Below, in pieces: positions 62,631-64,000 of a DNA stretch of 64,000 nt. The notes below the pieces were generated by a model. The model was not told the DNA's origin, did no database searches, and worked only from the letters and a program-made list of their open reading frames with translations. Each line of letters opens with the position of its first letter. Position 1 is the stretch's first letter. Source of the stretch: an uncultured Phycisphaerales bacterium (lineage in GTDB: Bacteria > Planctomycetota > Phycisphaerae > Tepidisphaerales > Tepidisphaeraceae); assembly GCA_963755915.1 (NCBI GenBank), contig CAVWLP010000003.1, forward strand, positions 640,001 to 704,000, read 5' to 3'. Both the position numbers and the translations under genes were made by a program.

Positions 62631-63029
62631 TCAGGACGTGGCGGTCGCCTGGATGATCAGATGGCCGGAGGCGTTGACGGCGCTGGGAAGGCGCGGCAAA
62701 TCGTGGATCGCGGGGCCGTGAACGACTTTGCCCGTGGGATCGTAGCGTGAGCCGTGGCAGGGGCATTTGAAGGAGCCGTCGTTTTGCGCTCCTACTTCGC
62801 AGCCGAGGTGGGTGCAGACGGAGGAGAGAGCGATGAGGTTTGGGCCGGAGCGGATGACGAAGAATCCCTGATCGGCAAACTGGGAATAGACGCCGTCCTT
62901 CTCGAAATCGGAGGCAGGCCCGGCGTCGATGGCGGCGGCCTTGAAATCCGGCTGTTTATTCACGGAACAACCGGCAGCGAGAACGGCGGAGGCAACGATG
63001 AACTGTCGGCGGTTGATGTTGATACTCAT
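62631..63029 (-). CDS. Rieske 2Fe-2S protein with Tat/lipoprotein signal
   Basis: NRRQFI..LAAGC; CTHLGC, CPCHGS. Confidence 0.9.
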   Translation of the reverse strand: MSININRRQFIVASAVLAAGCSVNKQPDFKAAAIDAGPASDFEKDGVYSQFADQGFFVIRSGPNLIALSSVCTHLGCEVGAQNDGSFKCPCHGSRYDPTGKVVHGPAIHDLPRLPSAVNASGHLIIQATATS

Positions 63030-63097
63030 TGCCGAATGAAAAACCTTGCCGGCAAATTTGTCAACGTGAAATCGGCGCCAACACGATTTAATTCAAT

Positions 63098-64000
63098 TCA
63101 GTTCGTGGGGCCCCAGGGACACCAGATGATGTCAGGACGGTTGGCGTTGTAGTAGTCCCCATATTCCGTGGCGGGCTTGGCAGCGGGAACGGGATTGGGT
63201 TTGACGGCGAGTTGCACATCGGTCCACTTGTAATAGGCGACATGCCCGTCGGCGAAGAGGAGGTTACCGCCCCCGTTGTGAATGGCGGCGAAGGTTTTCC
63301 AGTTGGCTTTTAGCTGGGAGATTTTTCCGGTGTAGCCGACCGTGGAATTGATGGAGCTGCCGAGAAATCCGTTTTGCTGTGCCCAGCGCTGGATGGTGGG
63401 ATCGAGATATTCGCCGGGGGTTGAAAGTTTTTCGCAAAGGACGACGACGGAAGAAGCCGGGCGAAGCTGAGACATTTTTCCGGCGTAGACCATGCTCGGG
63501 CTCGGGTTGGCCAGCGTCGCCACCGGTGGATTCATGAGGGATTGGCTGTAGCAATAGCTGATCTCGGATTTGAAAAGTTGTGGAGTGGTGGCGGAAAGGA
63601 GCTGGCCAGTGGAGTCGGTGCCATACTGCGCGTAGAAGTTGGAGTTGCCGGGATAAAGTGTGTCGGAGGCGGTTGGCACGGCTGATTGCACCGCGGGGCA
63701 CGTGAAGATGTTGTTACCCCCGGGGGAGGGGAGGGGATTCACTCCGTTTTTGTCGTCGAGGAGCAATTGGTAGTAGCTCTTGCCGACGGTTTTGGAGGGG
63801 ATGGCGTTGAAGTAGATAGACATGTCATCGAGGCCGGCGGGATAGCCGGGAATGGGGTTGGCGAGGCTGGGCCCAAAATATTCGGTGGCGGTTCCATCGG
63901 GGACGCGCAGAGGAAGCTGGCCGCTGCTTTCATCGACGTACATCTGGAATCCCGCCCCCCACTGTCTCATGTTGCTTTCGCATTGGATAAGCAGGGCCTG
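63098..64000 (-). CDS. DUF1559/prepilin-type protein with H-X9-DG motif (N-terminus beyond the window)
   Basis: CESNMRQWG, FTCP, HNGGGNLLFADGHV. Confidence 0.88.
   Translation of the reverse strand, partial: QALLIQCESNMRQWGAGFQMYVDESSGQLPLRVPDGTATEYFGPSLANPIPGYPAGLDDMSIYFNAIPSKTVGKSYYQLLLDDKNGVNPLPSPGGNNIFTCPAVQSAVPTASDTLYPGNSNFYAQYGTDSTGQLLSATTPQLFKSEISYCYSQSLMNPPVATLANPSPSMVYAGKMSQLRPASSVVVLCEKLSTPGEYLDPTIQRWAQQNGFLGSSINSTVGYTGKISQLKANWKTFAAIHNGGGNLLFADGHVAYYKWTDVQLAVKPNPVPAAKPATEYGDYYNANRPDIIWCPWGPTN

Noticed and set aside
62631-63029. Cytochrome bc complex operon
   Set aside because: The Rieske gene has no neighbouring cytochrome b or c genes.

Overview
GC-rich bacterial chromosome segment, most likely Planctomycetota, class Phycisphaerae. 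This is inferred from the H-X9-DG/prepilin, LEPR-XLL, PEP-CTERM and CxxCGYDLR..RCPECG proteins. Many genes carry single-base frameshifts, most simply read as long-read indel errors rather than pseudogenes. Contents: a flagellar rod/ring operon (flgF-G-A-H-I-J-N-K), metH, a stand-alone atpG, an intact IS4-family element (inverted repeats plus 9-bp target duplication), pyrD/pyrK, mgtE, MATE, ileS-purN, frr, pyrH, aroK, prepilin peptidase, hisH, signalling proteins, glycoside hydrolases, TA-type genes and several palindromic repeat families. The most notable signals are not in the ORF track: (1) a complete Ile-codon leader-peptide attenuator upstream of ileS; (2) a ~100-nt small-RNA candidate with its own promoter and terminator; (3) a 46-aa secreted His/Lys-rich peptide gene; (4) GGA-loop hairpins in the flgF leader; (5) a pervasive TANNNT-(6-8 nt)-start leaderless gene architecture; (6) G/C strand-skew domains that flip regardless of gene direction.
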